The notes under the pieces are model-generated. The model ran no database searches. It was not told where the DNA came from and saw only the letters and a program-made list of their open reading frames with translations. From an uncultured archaeon (GTDB lineage: Archaea; Iainarchaeota; Iainarchaeia; Iainarchaeales; JAAZKV01): 32,000 nt of DNA. Below, piece after piece: positions 19,601 to 28,600 of the stretch; the stretch's first letter is position 1, and every line of letters starts with the position of its first letter. The translations under genes and the position numbers were made by a program. The DNA lies in the NCBI GenBank assembly GCA_964551375.1, contig CAZKBG010000002.1, forward strand, positions 45,558 through 77,557, in the 5' to 3' direction.

Positions 19601-22600
19601 TGACAATGTTGAAGTTACAAAGAAAGTTGACGCTGCGCTACTAACAATAACTCCTCAATCAATATCTGAAACAATCAAAATAGGGGATGTTACTGGACTA
19701 ACTACAACAGTAATAATGCAAAATAACACTTCAAAAAATGTGAGACTTGGAAGCGTTCAAATAAACGGGGACATGAAAACTTATATTGACGCAAAATTCA
19801 TTGAAACATTAGCAGGAACAATAATCGAACAGGGAAAAGACAAAAACTTCACTTTATCACTAAAATTAAACTCAAGCGCAATTAAACTAAAAGCTCCAAA
19901 AGACTTGACTGGAACTGTGGTAATAAACACTGAAATACCAGGGACAAGCGCAGGATACTTAAACGAAATACCAATCTCAATAAGACTTTCAATGCCAGGG
20001 TACATGGATGACGCAAAATGCCTCAAAGTTACTCCTGCAACAATTGACTTTATTACAAGCGATACTGAAGAAAGCAAAACAGTAGTGCTGTCAAATTTAT
20101 GCACAGCAGAAGACTTCCAAATCCCGCTTCACGATATATCAGCTAAACTAAATGAAGCAATGAAAGTTGGAACAATAAGCGTAAACGGCTCTGGATTTGC
20201 GACAGTAAACCTTGGCGATAAATATGTGAAAATCGCAGACAGCCTTGAAAAAGATTCTGAAACAGAACTAACAATAAGATTCTCTCCAAATTCAGCAGTA
20301 TCAAGCGGAAAACAAACTGTTACTGTAACAATAATGGGAAAGAATATACTTGACGACAAAACTGAAGAAAAAGTTGAAACAACCCTAAAAGTTAATTCAA
20401 CAATGAACAGCCTTTCAAAATGCATTGAAATAGTAGAGCCATCAGGCGGAATACTGCTTGATATTGCTCCATGGAACTTAGGATACAACAGAATCCAGCA
20501 GTCAAACATGTCAGCATACGCTGGCGGGTACCAAGGATTCACAAATAGAAGCGCTCCATACAATATGTCTTACATGGGCGGAATGGGGATGATGGGATAC
20601 GGAACTAACGGATACGGTTCAGCATACGGCGGATTTAACTCATACGGAATGTACCCAGGAAGCGTAGCAGGCGGCGGAATGCAAAACATGAGCTACCAGC
20701 AGAATTCATTTATAATAAAGAACAACTGCCAGACAGATGTTGATATAGACCTTGACCCAGATTCAAGAGTTACAGTATCAACTGACAAATTCACACTATC
20801 TGCAAACAGCGACGAAACAGTTACAGTTGATCCGGGATACGTTCTTGGAAAATACAAAATAAAAATAAACGCAAAGCCAAAAGGAACAACAACTTCAATG
20901 AAAAACCTAAAAGAAGTTTCAGTGACAATAAGAAGACTTGGGGATATGGACACTGACTGCATTAAAACAAATGTAACAACAATTAACCTAAATTCATTCT
21001 TATACAGGCCTCAGAAATACTCTGTTTTCAATTACTGCTATGATACAGGAGCTGCATTATCAAGAAGCAATGTTGCATCAATTGAATGCTCGGCTCCGCA
21101 GAACAACAGTCTTGGATTAAATTACTTCCAGCAGGGACAAGAATCATACTACGGCTCAAGCTACCCTCTAAATGGACAGAATGCAACTTACAACAGTTAT
21201 ATCCAGCCAAGCGGATGCCAGACAAACTCATGCTCATTAATTACAGGAACAAGAGTAAGACAAAGAACTACTGAACAGGGGACAACAGGAACAATAGAAA
21301 GAGTAGACTTTGATGTAATGCCAAGCTCGCAATACATACCGCAGCAGAAATTATTTGACAATAAAGTCGGAAAATACGGAGCATTCCAAAACCTTAGCGC
21401 AATAAGATCATGGGCTACTGAAACCGACGCAAGAACTAATGTTTACGGAAATTTAAATATCAGCTACACAAACCAATACGGTTCGGCTGAATGCATGGAA
21501 TTCCCAATCACAATCACTGATGTTTGGAGAATGGGAGAAAGCATAGATTCGGCAATCAACTGGGGAGACCCAACAGCAAGGCCAAAAGACTGCCAAGAAG
21601 CTGACGCGCTGAATATTACTAAATACTGGGAGAATAAAACTCCAAATAAAGACGGAGTAGTTCCTGACAGCGGAGACGGATTTAATGCACAGGATAGATA
21701 TGTTTACATGGCAGAACCGCCAGCGCTAAAAATCGGACCATCGCCGACTCAAAACAGCATGAGTTACCCTTCATCTTACGGAAACAACATGTATGCATAC
21801 ATGAATCCTCAATACGGAATGTACAACAACCAGCAGGGCGCTCAATACTATAGTTCAGGAAATGAATCTTATATGAGAGGACAGCCAGCAAATAACGGGA
21901 ATTCTGGAAGCGCAACAAAGAACTGCGGACTTCTTGACGGAATTGATGTCAAAACTGTAATCAATCCAAAAGATGCAGGCGGAGCAAAAGTAACAGTAAC
22001 TGACAGAGGAACAGGAAGCATAATCAACAACTCAAGAGGCTCAAACTTAATGGTGGAAATTGACAGAAGCACAATGACAGTTAACTGTGTGCACTTAAAC
22101 ATTCCAATTACAGCAAAAGTAACAAGATCAATCAACTTTGAATCACAGGACTTGACATGGTTCCTTGATGTAAAATTCGCAAAGAAAGGAATACCTTACA
22201 ACGAAGCAGAATGCATGAAGACAACAACAAGCACAGTGACAGACTGCAAAGATGCATTAAGAAGCATACTTCTAAAGAACAACACAAAACAAAACGATGC
22301 TGCAGGAATTGAAGCTGCAATTAAAGAGCTTTTAGACAAGCGACCAGAATGCAGGCAATATGTTGATGTGTCAGTTGCAAATACTATTTTAGGGCAGATT
22401 GCTCAAGATACAAACTTAGGAAAAGGATGCGCTTTATCTCCTGCTGAATTCGGACACACTTTAATAAAAAGCACAAAGTCAACTCCTGCTGACACAGTTG
22501 ACTGCACACAATACTTCTGCAGCGGAGAAATGCTGAATTTATTCTTGTTAAAGAAATTCTCTGAGGCAAGAACCATGTTGAACAATGAATTATCCGATTT

Positions 22601-24212
22601 AAGGAGCCCGCTTGAAATAGAAAAGAAAAGCAAAGTCGCAAAATACGATGCTGCAAAAGATGTTATGATTTCAAGATTATACAGAAGAGCAATTGAAAGA
22701 GATATTAATATCTGCAACAGCGGAGCAAAAGCATTCTACTCAATTGAAGGCACAAAAGCGCTTGATATTTACGGCAAATACGAATTAAGCAATTTAAAAG
22801 TTGATTCAGCTGCAAAGAAAATAATCACTGACAAAGGCGCAGGAGCAGTTCCATTAACAAACATGGTTACATACGTTCTTGGCGCAAGCGACTTGAAGAA
22901 AGATTACAACAGTTTGCTAATCAAAGTTCCAGTTAATCCAGATGTAAACAAAGGGCTTGAAGGAATCGGATTTGTAGTATCAGGCTCGGATTATTACTTA
23001 TCACTTGAAACATACTCTGATTTATTGACTCAGGTTGCAAAAGACCTTGATAATGCTAAAACTTGCGATAAAGCAAACACTGCCTGCAAAATTACTCTGT
23101 GCGGAAGAAATGATGTTGTTCTTGAACCAAATGTAATAAAATACATTAATGACTTTGGACAACTCGTGAAAGGGGTATACGACAGAGAAGATATGGATCA
23201 GATTGATATTGAAGCAATTTACTCAAAGAATCCAAAATTAAACAAAGTTCATGACCTTGCTAAATTTAATTCAGTTCTTTCAAATACAAAAATTGGAAGC
23301 TCAAAATTAAATTCAGGACTTGCGCCGAGCGTTCTTCTTGCAAAAACAACACTTCCTGCAAATGGGTTTGATGCAAAAGCAATCCTGAATAATTCTTTAG
23401 GAGACCTTGGACAGTTAAAAATAGCTTATTCTGGAGAAAACAATCCTAAAATCGGAAGGTATTCGCTCGAACTTGATTATGCTTATGTTGGAACTGAAGT
23501 TTCAAAAGAAGCAAAAGCAACACTTTCTGACCATAATTCAACAATTGAGGGCGCTCCAAAAGTGCAAAATAACGCATTGCTATTATACGGACTTTCTGAA
23601 AATGACTTATTTGTTGTAAATTCAACAGATGCAATTTTCACAAGCCCTGCAAGAAATACAATTATTGGAGAAAGAACTATTGGTTTAGCAGGACAAATGG
23701 CATTCTTTAAGAAAATACCTTTAAAAGTAAGCGCAAGATTGTATGCCGGCGAAAGCGGATTAATGTACAAACCAGTTACAGGGCAAACATCCGTTCCGTC
23801 ATTGATTAACTGGTATGCTAGTGCGCAAGCTCCAAAAGGGCCTGATTCATTAGTTCAAGCAGGCAACGAGACTTGGTATAATATTAACATAATAAAATCA
23901 AACGAAACACAAAGTATTTATGGAATCTACTATTATCCTGATGGCGGAGCGCTTTTTGTTAACCGCGGAACTGCAAAGGGCGGGGAAATTACATTGACAA
24001 AAGCAGGGTATATGTTAAACATTCCAATCAGCACTGTTCCTTTGACAATACCTGGCGCAGATTCCCAGCGCAAAGAATTGTCGGCTGTTGTTTCAGCTAA
24101 CACAATGACGCTTGACGGACTCTTGCCTGAAATTAATGAAGGAAGAGCATGCTACTCGGATGACGGAACTTTGAACTGGAATGAAAGCAAATTAATCAAA
24201 GGCGCAAACTAA
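16641..24212 (+). CDS. Giant surface protein B (about 2523 aa; track start GTG 16632), paralog of A and C
   Basis: MGIGDSLRDAYYSLEDKWYSFIDGVSEKVPAVGSFVDALEDKGIPSF + TM helix, repeated CarboxypepD_reg/Ig-like modules, C...NNC modules, Gly/Tyr/Asn-rich tracts. The MGIG start matches protein C. Confidence 0.93.
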   Translation: MGIGDSLRDAYYSLEDKWYSFIDGVSEKVPAVGSFVDALEDKGIPSFPAFILLIIIIVALLAFFFLSSSQATLTIKITDDTGTGVEGASVIVLQDDVEIANVTTKENGLAVFLLPRGEYSLKVDKENYSTSTKSITLDGDKEEDLTLSLEDTTITKAVYLKTANGELVSGSGTVIYRCRGDTGDQTATYASGKFDATVKKSCAAVEVITIQNYNLVEPIASFSGNSAVTVEQIVVLTGRVTVSLSIAGSTDLPPAGVRVQLVPNDNTTSISAITQGGAVVVFEEVPVKSYYVLVTDPNGAFSVFDGSKLNETKNVLKGETTQFTAALARVQATKIIVNVKDSATGLPVKGAEIKLTSAANTNDVLTKITGALGQGEFSVAQGSNYVVTVDHPDYVSGKTMPAAAGETINFQVEKVDSSNSNTLTVQVVDSKDKPVDYARVVLKKIEANEPIVGEKITGASGEAQFFNLEVGKSYIASISKEGFGSQTSPSVQIEPKSGKTVKVTFDIGYGKVLVKVLDPEKAVLAGISVKAFNSLTTKQEGEALLTGSDGIAEFSEIRADKKVFFIIESSAYAKYFTATVQPTANAELGKEVVLMRPTGKLLAEPVIIFSGTEEMKNGAGSEVGVSQGIYTLKAILQVPKGQFSEAGMHIRTGKQTQNLTNNLEEDGLYISTIEASGRITKGTSYTPPTGYDIDSKNTTQGNAKWANIVWKNPAEGTYEVEAEVSVTETNPNVPLELFYRGWAKGSATLRDPASNVAGNELYSIAKRKILSVGSASMCTASFCKSYILTPLTGSEAGRARIVSGTVEAKKGVTYSLTADLTNYSGKTISGAALSVEGKSVDINSITINDVPQTDLASSINLGNIGADSPVKIVVTFTTKTSGSSGVRFIINSSTKNEFDELIAINVKVNKKFLLSIVPKIIIPYINNTMFFEATDGNNSLSGVLIQIKNGKNTLGKVETSGEGLATYELSEPKLDDEITFIASKEGYDNVEVTKKVDAALLTITPQSISETIKIGDVTGLTTTVIMQNNTSKNVRLGSVQINGDMKTYIDAKFIETLAGTIIEQGKDKNFTLSLKLNSSAIKLKAPKDLTGTVVINTEIPGTSAGYLNEIPISIRLSMPGYMDDAKCLKVTPATIDFITSDTEESKTVVLSNLCTAEDFQIPLHDISAKLNEAMKVGTISVNGSGFATVNLGDKYVKIADSLEKDSETELTIRFSPNSAVSSGKQTVTVTIMGKNILDDKTEEKVETTLKVNSTMNSLSKCIEIVEPSGGILLDIAPWNLGYNRIQQSNMSAYAGGYQGFTNRSAPYNMSYMGGMGMMGYGTNGYGSAYGGFNSYGMYPGSVAGGGMQNMSYQQNSFIIKNNCQTDVDIDLDPDSRVTVSTDKFTLSANSDETVTVDPGYVLGKYKIKINAKPKGTTTSMKNLKEVSVTIRRLGDMDTDCIKTNVTTINLNSFLYRPQKYSVFNYCYDTGAALSRSNVASIECSAPQNNSLGLNYFQQGQESYYGSSYPLNGQNATYNSYIQPSGCQTNSCSLITGTRVRQRTTEQGTTGTIERVDFDVMPSSQYIPQQKLFDNKVGKYGAFQNLSAIRSWATETDARTNVYGNLNISYTNQYGSAECMEFPITITDVWRMGESIDSAINWGDPTARPKDCQEADALNITKYWENKTPNKDGVVPDSGDGFNAQDRYVYMAEPPALKIGPSPTQNSMSYPSSYGNNMYAYMNPQYGMYNNQQGAQYYSSGNESYMRGQPANNGNSGSATKNCGLLDGIDVKTVINPKDAGGAKVTVTDRGTGSIINNSRGSNLMVEIDRSTMTVNCVHLNIPITAKVTRSINFESQDLTWFLDVKFAKKGIPYNEAECMKTTTSTVTDCKDALRSILLKNNTKQNDAAGIEAAIKELLDKRPECRQYVDVSVANTILGQIAQDTNLGKGCALSPAEFGHTLIKSTKSTPADTVDCTQYFCSGEMLNLFLLKKFSEARTMLNNELSDLRSPLEIEKKSKVAKYDAAKDVMISRLYRRAIERDINICNSGAKAFYSIEGTKALDIYGKYELSNLKVDSAAKKIITDKGAGAVPLTNMVTYVLGASDLKKDYNSLLIKVPVNPDVNKGLEGIGFVVSGSDYYLSLETYSDLLTQVAKDLDNAKTCDKANTACKITLCGRNDVVLEPNVIKYINDFGQLVKGVYDREDMDQIDIEAIYSKNPKLNKVHDLAKFNSVLSNTKIGSSKLNSGLAPSVLLAKTTLPANGFDAKAILNNSLGDLGQLKIAYSGENNPKIGRYSLELDYAYVGTEVSKEAKATLSDHNSTIEGAPKVQNNALLLYGLSENDLFVVNSTDAIFTSPARNTIIGERTIGLAGQMAFFKKIPLKVSARLYAGESGLMYKPVTGQTSVPSLINWYASAQAPKGPDSLVQAGNETWYNINIIKSNETQSIYGIYYYPDGGALFVNRGTAKGGEITLTKAGYMLNIPISTVPLTIPGADSQRKELSAVVSANTMTLDGLLPEINEGRACYSDDGTLNWNESKLIKGAN
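18451..18960 (+). other. Domain pair conserved in giants A/B/C (copy in B)
   Basis: EPVIIFSGTEEMKNG...GIYTLKAILQVPKGQFSEAGMHIRTGKQT... then KWANIVWKNPAEGTYEVEAEVSVTETNPNVPLELFYRGWAK. Confidence 0.7.
20505..20705 (+). other. Gly/Tyr/Met/Asn-rich low-complexity segment in giant B
   Basis: NMSAYAGGYQGFTNRSAPYNMSYMGGMGMMGYGTNGYGSAYGGFNSYGMYPGSVAGGGMQNMSYQQN. Confidence 0.88.
21736..21940 (+). other. Second Tyr/Asn/Gln/Gly-rich segment in giant B
   Basis: SPTQNSMSYPSSYGNNMYAYMNPQYGMYNNQQGAQYYSSGNESYMRGQPANNGNSGSA. Confidence 0.85.
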
Positions 24213-24324
24213 ATAAAACTAAATAAAACGCGCGGAAAAACTTTTGTAATTCAAATTTTGCCTAAAACAAAAACAAAACTAATTTAAGAAACTCATTTTG
24301 TTGGACAAATTAATTTTTGAATCC

Positions 24325-24345
24325 TTAAATAAACAAGTTTATTAA
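24325..24345 (+). promoter_or_regulatory. Candidate TATA element(s) upstream of the 356-aa protein
   Basis: TTAAATAAACAAGTTTATTAA about 55-70 nt upstream of GTG 24398; AGGTGA lies close to the start codon. Confidence 0.25.
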
Positions 24346-24397
24346 TAAGAAAAAAGATGATGATAAGAGCAGAAAGCTTGATTATTTAGGTGAAAAA

Positions 24398-25468
24398 GTG
24401 GATAATAGAGTGCTGACATTTGTACTAATAAGCATAATTGCATTCTTGTCAGGCTTTGCCGCTTCATACCTCTTTCCAATTCAAACTCCTTTTGTTGATG
24501 TTCCATTCAGCGTTCTTGCAATAGGATTAATCCTTGGAGGGGCCGCTTTTTTTGGATATCTTGGCTTTATTCCAGCACTTCTTTTGGGACTCCAGCTGGG
24601 CGCGGAAAAAAACGCGGCAGTATTCATTTACATTGCGCCTGTAATACTTGCAATTTATGCGGGAACTTATATTGGAGTTTTAATAAACAAAGATTTTGAA
24701 AGAAAAGAAATATTTGCAAAAAAAGCAAAAAATATTATTGTAATAGTGGCAATCGCCCTTGTAATATCATTCGCGGTTGAAATGGCGGTGCCGTACACTG
24801 TAGAGTACTGGCCGAAGGATTATCTTGGGATGAGTGTGGGCGGAGGATATATGTCATATGATTCCGATTTGACAGGGGAAAATATTATTTTAAGGGGAGA
24901 TTCATTAACAATTCCAATTGAATTAAAACAAATAGTTGTTGGAAAGAACAATGCTTCCGTGTTTAACACTTCAACGAATGCGATTTTAAAAATAAAAGAC
25001 GCTGATGAAGGCACGCCAGTTTATGGGGCTGAAGTTACTGCCACAAGCCAGAGCGGAAATGAACATGAATTTATTGAAACTTCAAGCGGAATGTACAAAA
25101 AAGATCAGTTCCCATTCGGAGAACAAGTAACATTAATTGTAAAATCAAAAGGATACGAAGAGTACAATAAAAAAGTTACATTTAACCGCGATATTATAAA
25201 TGAAATCTCGCTTACTCCAGAACCTGTGGGCGAGGAAGCAGAATCAAGCGTTACAATAAGGGTATTTGGAAGCGATGGAAAGACAATAAACCAGGCAAAA
25301 GTAACTGTTTATAATAAAGAAACATCCGCAACACTCCAAATAGGATACACTCAAAACGGACAAATTACGCTTAAAGCAATGACTGGGACAAGACTGAGAA
25401 TAGTTGTTGAAAAAGGAAGCACAGCCGCAGGGCTTATTGGAAAACTTGCGAGCCTTAAAAGAAGATAA
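24398..25468 (+). CDS. Multi-TM membrane protein with extracellular CarboxypepD_reg/PEGA-like tandem domains related to giant-protein repeats
   Basis: GTG start with GGTGA upstream. Several N-terminal TM helices (VLTFVLISIIAFLSGFAASYLF, VPFSVLAIGLILGGAAFFGYLGFIPALLLGLQLG, AAVFIYIAPVILAIYAGTYIGVLI, IIVIVAIALVISFAVEMAV), then VTIRVFGSDGKTINQAKVTVYNKETSATLQIGYTQNGQITLKAMTGTRLRIVVEKG. Confidence 0.82.
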   Translation: MDNRVLTFVLISIIAFLSGFAASYLFPIQTPFVDVPFSVLAIGLILGGAAFFGYLGFIPALLLGLQLGAEKNAAVFIYIAPVILAIYAGTYIGVLINKDFERKEIFAKKAKNIIVIVAIALVISFAVEMAVPYTVEYWPKDYLGMSVGGGYMSYDSDLTGENIILRGDSLTIPIELKQIVVGKNNASVFNTSTNAILKIKDADEGTPVYGAEVTATSQSGNEHEFIETSSGMYKKDQFPFGEQVTLIVKSKGYEEYNKKVTFNRDIINEISLTPEPVGEEAESSVTIRVFGSDGKTINQAKVTVYNKETSATLQIGYTQNGQITLKAMTGTRLRIVVEKGSTAAGLIGKLASLKRR

Positions 25469-25587
25469 TTTTAAAAAAGCATGAAAATTTAGCAAATTGC
25501 CAAAAATTTTGCAAAAATTTTATTAAAATCAAAATTTTTCTCAAAAATTAAAATAAATTGAGTTTAATTGAAGCTTATAGAAAGGTA

Positions 25588-25595
25588 TTTATATA
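25588..25595 (+). promoter_or_regulatory. Candidate archaeal TATA box of giant gene C
   Basis: TTTATATA about 50 nt upstream of ATG 25644. Confidence 0.35.
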
Positions 25596-25643
25596 GTTGA
25601 AACATTAATTTTATGGTATCGAGCAAAATACGGACGCATTGAT

Positions 25644-28600
25644 ATGGGCATTGGGGAATCGCTAAAAGGAATATACTATTCTGGCGAAGAAAAGTGGTAT
25701 GCTTTCTGGGATAAAGTGGACGCACACATTCCTGTTTACAAAGTAATTGACCCAATTGATTCAGTAATACCGACATTTGCGCTGTTTTTGATTATTATCT
25801 TTTTAATTTTATTATTCGCAGGATATGCGCTTCTTGGCGGAATAGCTCCTGCAACCGCGACTCTAAAACTAAGCGTTGTTGACAGCGACGGAATGGGAGT
25901 AAGCGGAGCAACAGTGACTGTTGAAGGAGTTGATGGCGAATTCTACTCAAACGACTTCGGATTAATTGAAGACTTAATTGTTCCGTTTAATTCAACGCTT
26001 GAAGTAAATGCGGAGAAAGGCGAGAGCAAAACAACAATTCCAATTACAATTGACGAATTTGAAAAAATTGCAGAAGTAGTGCTTCCAGTTGAAAGAATAA
26101 GCTTTGAGCAGAAAACAATAAGATTCCAGAGCGAAGACGGCGCACTAATCCAAAGCGAATTAAGATTACATTACACATGCTCATCAGGAGTGGCTGCTCC
26201 TGAAGATGTTACAATTTACACAGGCAGCGCGAACTTAGCACAGCCTGCAAATTGCGGAACTCTTGAAGTAGAAGTAACTTCATCAAAATACGAAAGAGCA
26301 AGATTTTCAGTAAGCGGACCATCAGGAGTATTTACACTAAAATTACTTGCGCCGGTTGAAAAAGGACGAGCTACAGTAAACCTAAAATACGAATCAAGAT
26401 TAATCACAGAACAAGTTACAGTTCAGGCATTTAGGGCAGATAATGCATTCCTTCCAGTAAACAGCGCAACAAGCGTAAACGGACAAGTTCAATTTGAACT
26501 TCCACTTGGGGATTACAAATTCAAATCACTAATGCAAAGCGGGTACAAGCAGAAAGAATCATCAGTAGTTTCAATCACAAAAGCAAATTCAAACCCTGTT
26601 ATTGACTTAGATTTGCAGAAAGAAATAATCGGAGTAATTGTAGTTCAGGCAAAAGAAAATGGAGCTGCCTTAAGCGGAGTTCATATGAGCCTGACAAAAA
26701 AACTTCTAACCAGACAAGAGCCTGTAATTGACAGAGACACAAACGAAGGCGGATATGTTCAATTTGAAATTGCGGAAGACGCAAATTACACAGTAACAGC
26801 TACAAAAGATAATTACTGCGAAGTATCAGTTGCAGTATCAATAGGAGACTCAAGAGTAATCTCAATGAAGCAGAATGACTCAACATGCGGATACAAACTA
26901 ATTGCAAGAGTAATAGACCAGGACAATAAGCCGGTAGCTCACGCAAAAGCGGCAATATTCATTGAAACAGCAGAAGATATTTACAAAATGCCAAGAGCAG
27001 AACAAGTAACAGGATACAATGGGGACGCAAACTGGAACCCTGTAAGAAAAACAAACAGCGACGAGAAATTCAAAGTATTCGCATATAAAGCATCATACTC
27101 CGGATGGAGTGAAGCAAGAGTATTTGACTCGCTATCCTCAAGCACTCCATTTGTTGTAAAACTTGAAATCCCGATGGGAACAGTAAAAGTAATAGCAAAA
27201 GACAGAGACGCTAATCCATTGCAGTTTGCAGAAGTTCAGTTATTTGATGAATACGACGGAACAGCAGTAAGCGGCAGAAAATTAATTGAAAACGCTGACG
27301 GCTCAATTGAATTCAACTTAAAAGCTGACAAGAGAGTTTATGCAGTAGTAAAGAAAGAAGGATACGAATCATACACTACACTTCCAACAATGATGGTTGC
27401 AGGCGGAACAATTACATTTGACGTTGAACTATTCAAGCCACCTGTTCAGGAAATCTTTGTTAGATCGCTTGGATTCTTCAAAAACGGAACACCAGTTCTA
27501 AAAGTAGAGCCAAGCCAGGAATACGACGCATTGTTTGAATTAACTGCCCCTTCAACAAAAACATACTCAGAACTTGGATTCTTTGTAAGAATGGGCGCAG
27601 ATAATATGACTAAAACTGAGCTTGATAAAATATTTATCAAAGATGTAATGGCTTCAGGAGTAAAATCAATAGTAACAGGAGCGACTTACAATAAGCCAAT
27701 GGGATACTATAACACTGACTCAAAATACACTAACCTTGAAGAAAGCAAGTGGGCAGAAATAAAATGGCCAATGAACGGATATGTTCCTGGAAAAATCATA
27801 GTAGGAGTAAAAGTAAAAATCAGGCCAACTGCGCAGGCTGAAGAAAGACTTGAACTTGGATACAGAGCATGGGGCAAAACAACAAGCGGAGTATACGAAA
27901 GAGACTTAATTGACGACGAACTTGGAACAAGCCAGAGCTCAACAACAAAACAAGAACTTTACGCTTCAACAAAGCCAGATTACATTACAGTTGGAATGGA
28001 AACACTATGCGATACTCCAGAAAGCGGAAAATCATTCTGTATAACAGCAACTTACACTGATCCAGACGGATTCACAAAAAGCTTCAATGACTCATTTGAC
28101 ACTAAGAACAATACTCCTTACAATGTTTCAATCAAAATCATGAACAACTCAACAGTTGGATTTGATGACGCAAAAATAATGGTTGAAAACCCTGAAGAAA
28201 ATTTATACATGGGCACAATGACAGCAGTAACTCCAAGATTCTCTCCAAGCGAGATAAACGTAAACGGATACGCTACTGACTGGATTGACATGCCAAGATA
28301 TGTAAAGAACTCATCAATTGAAATCCAATCAATGCAATTAACTCCGCAAAAAACAGGGACAGGCACATTGCTTGTAAAAATACGCGAAGGCGCATCAATG
28401 ATTTATGAAAAAGCATTTACAGTAAATATTGCAAGCGACAAGAAATTAACAGTGCGATTCATGAAAGGCGGAGTATTTGGAGACGAAATGCCTAAATTAG
28501 TATCAGGAAAAACTGAACTACTAACAGTTAAAGCATTAAACACAGTAAGCGGATTAGAAGTACAAGACGCAGTAGTAAAATTATTCGACAGATTTGGAAC

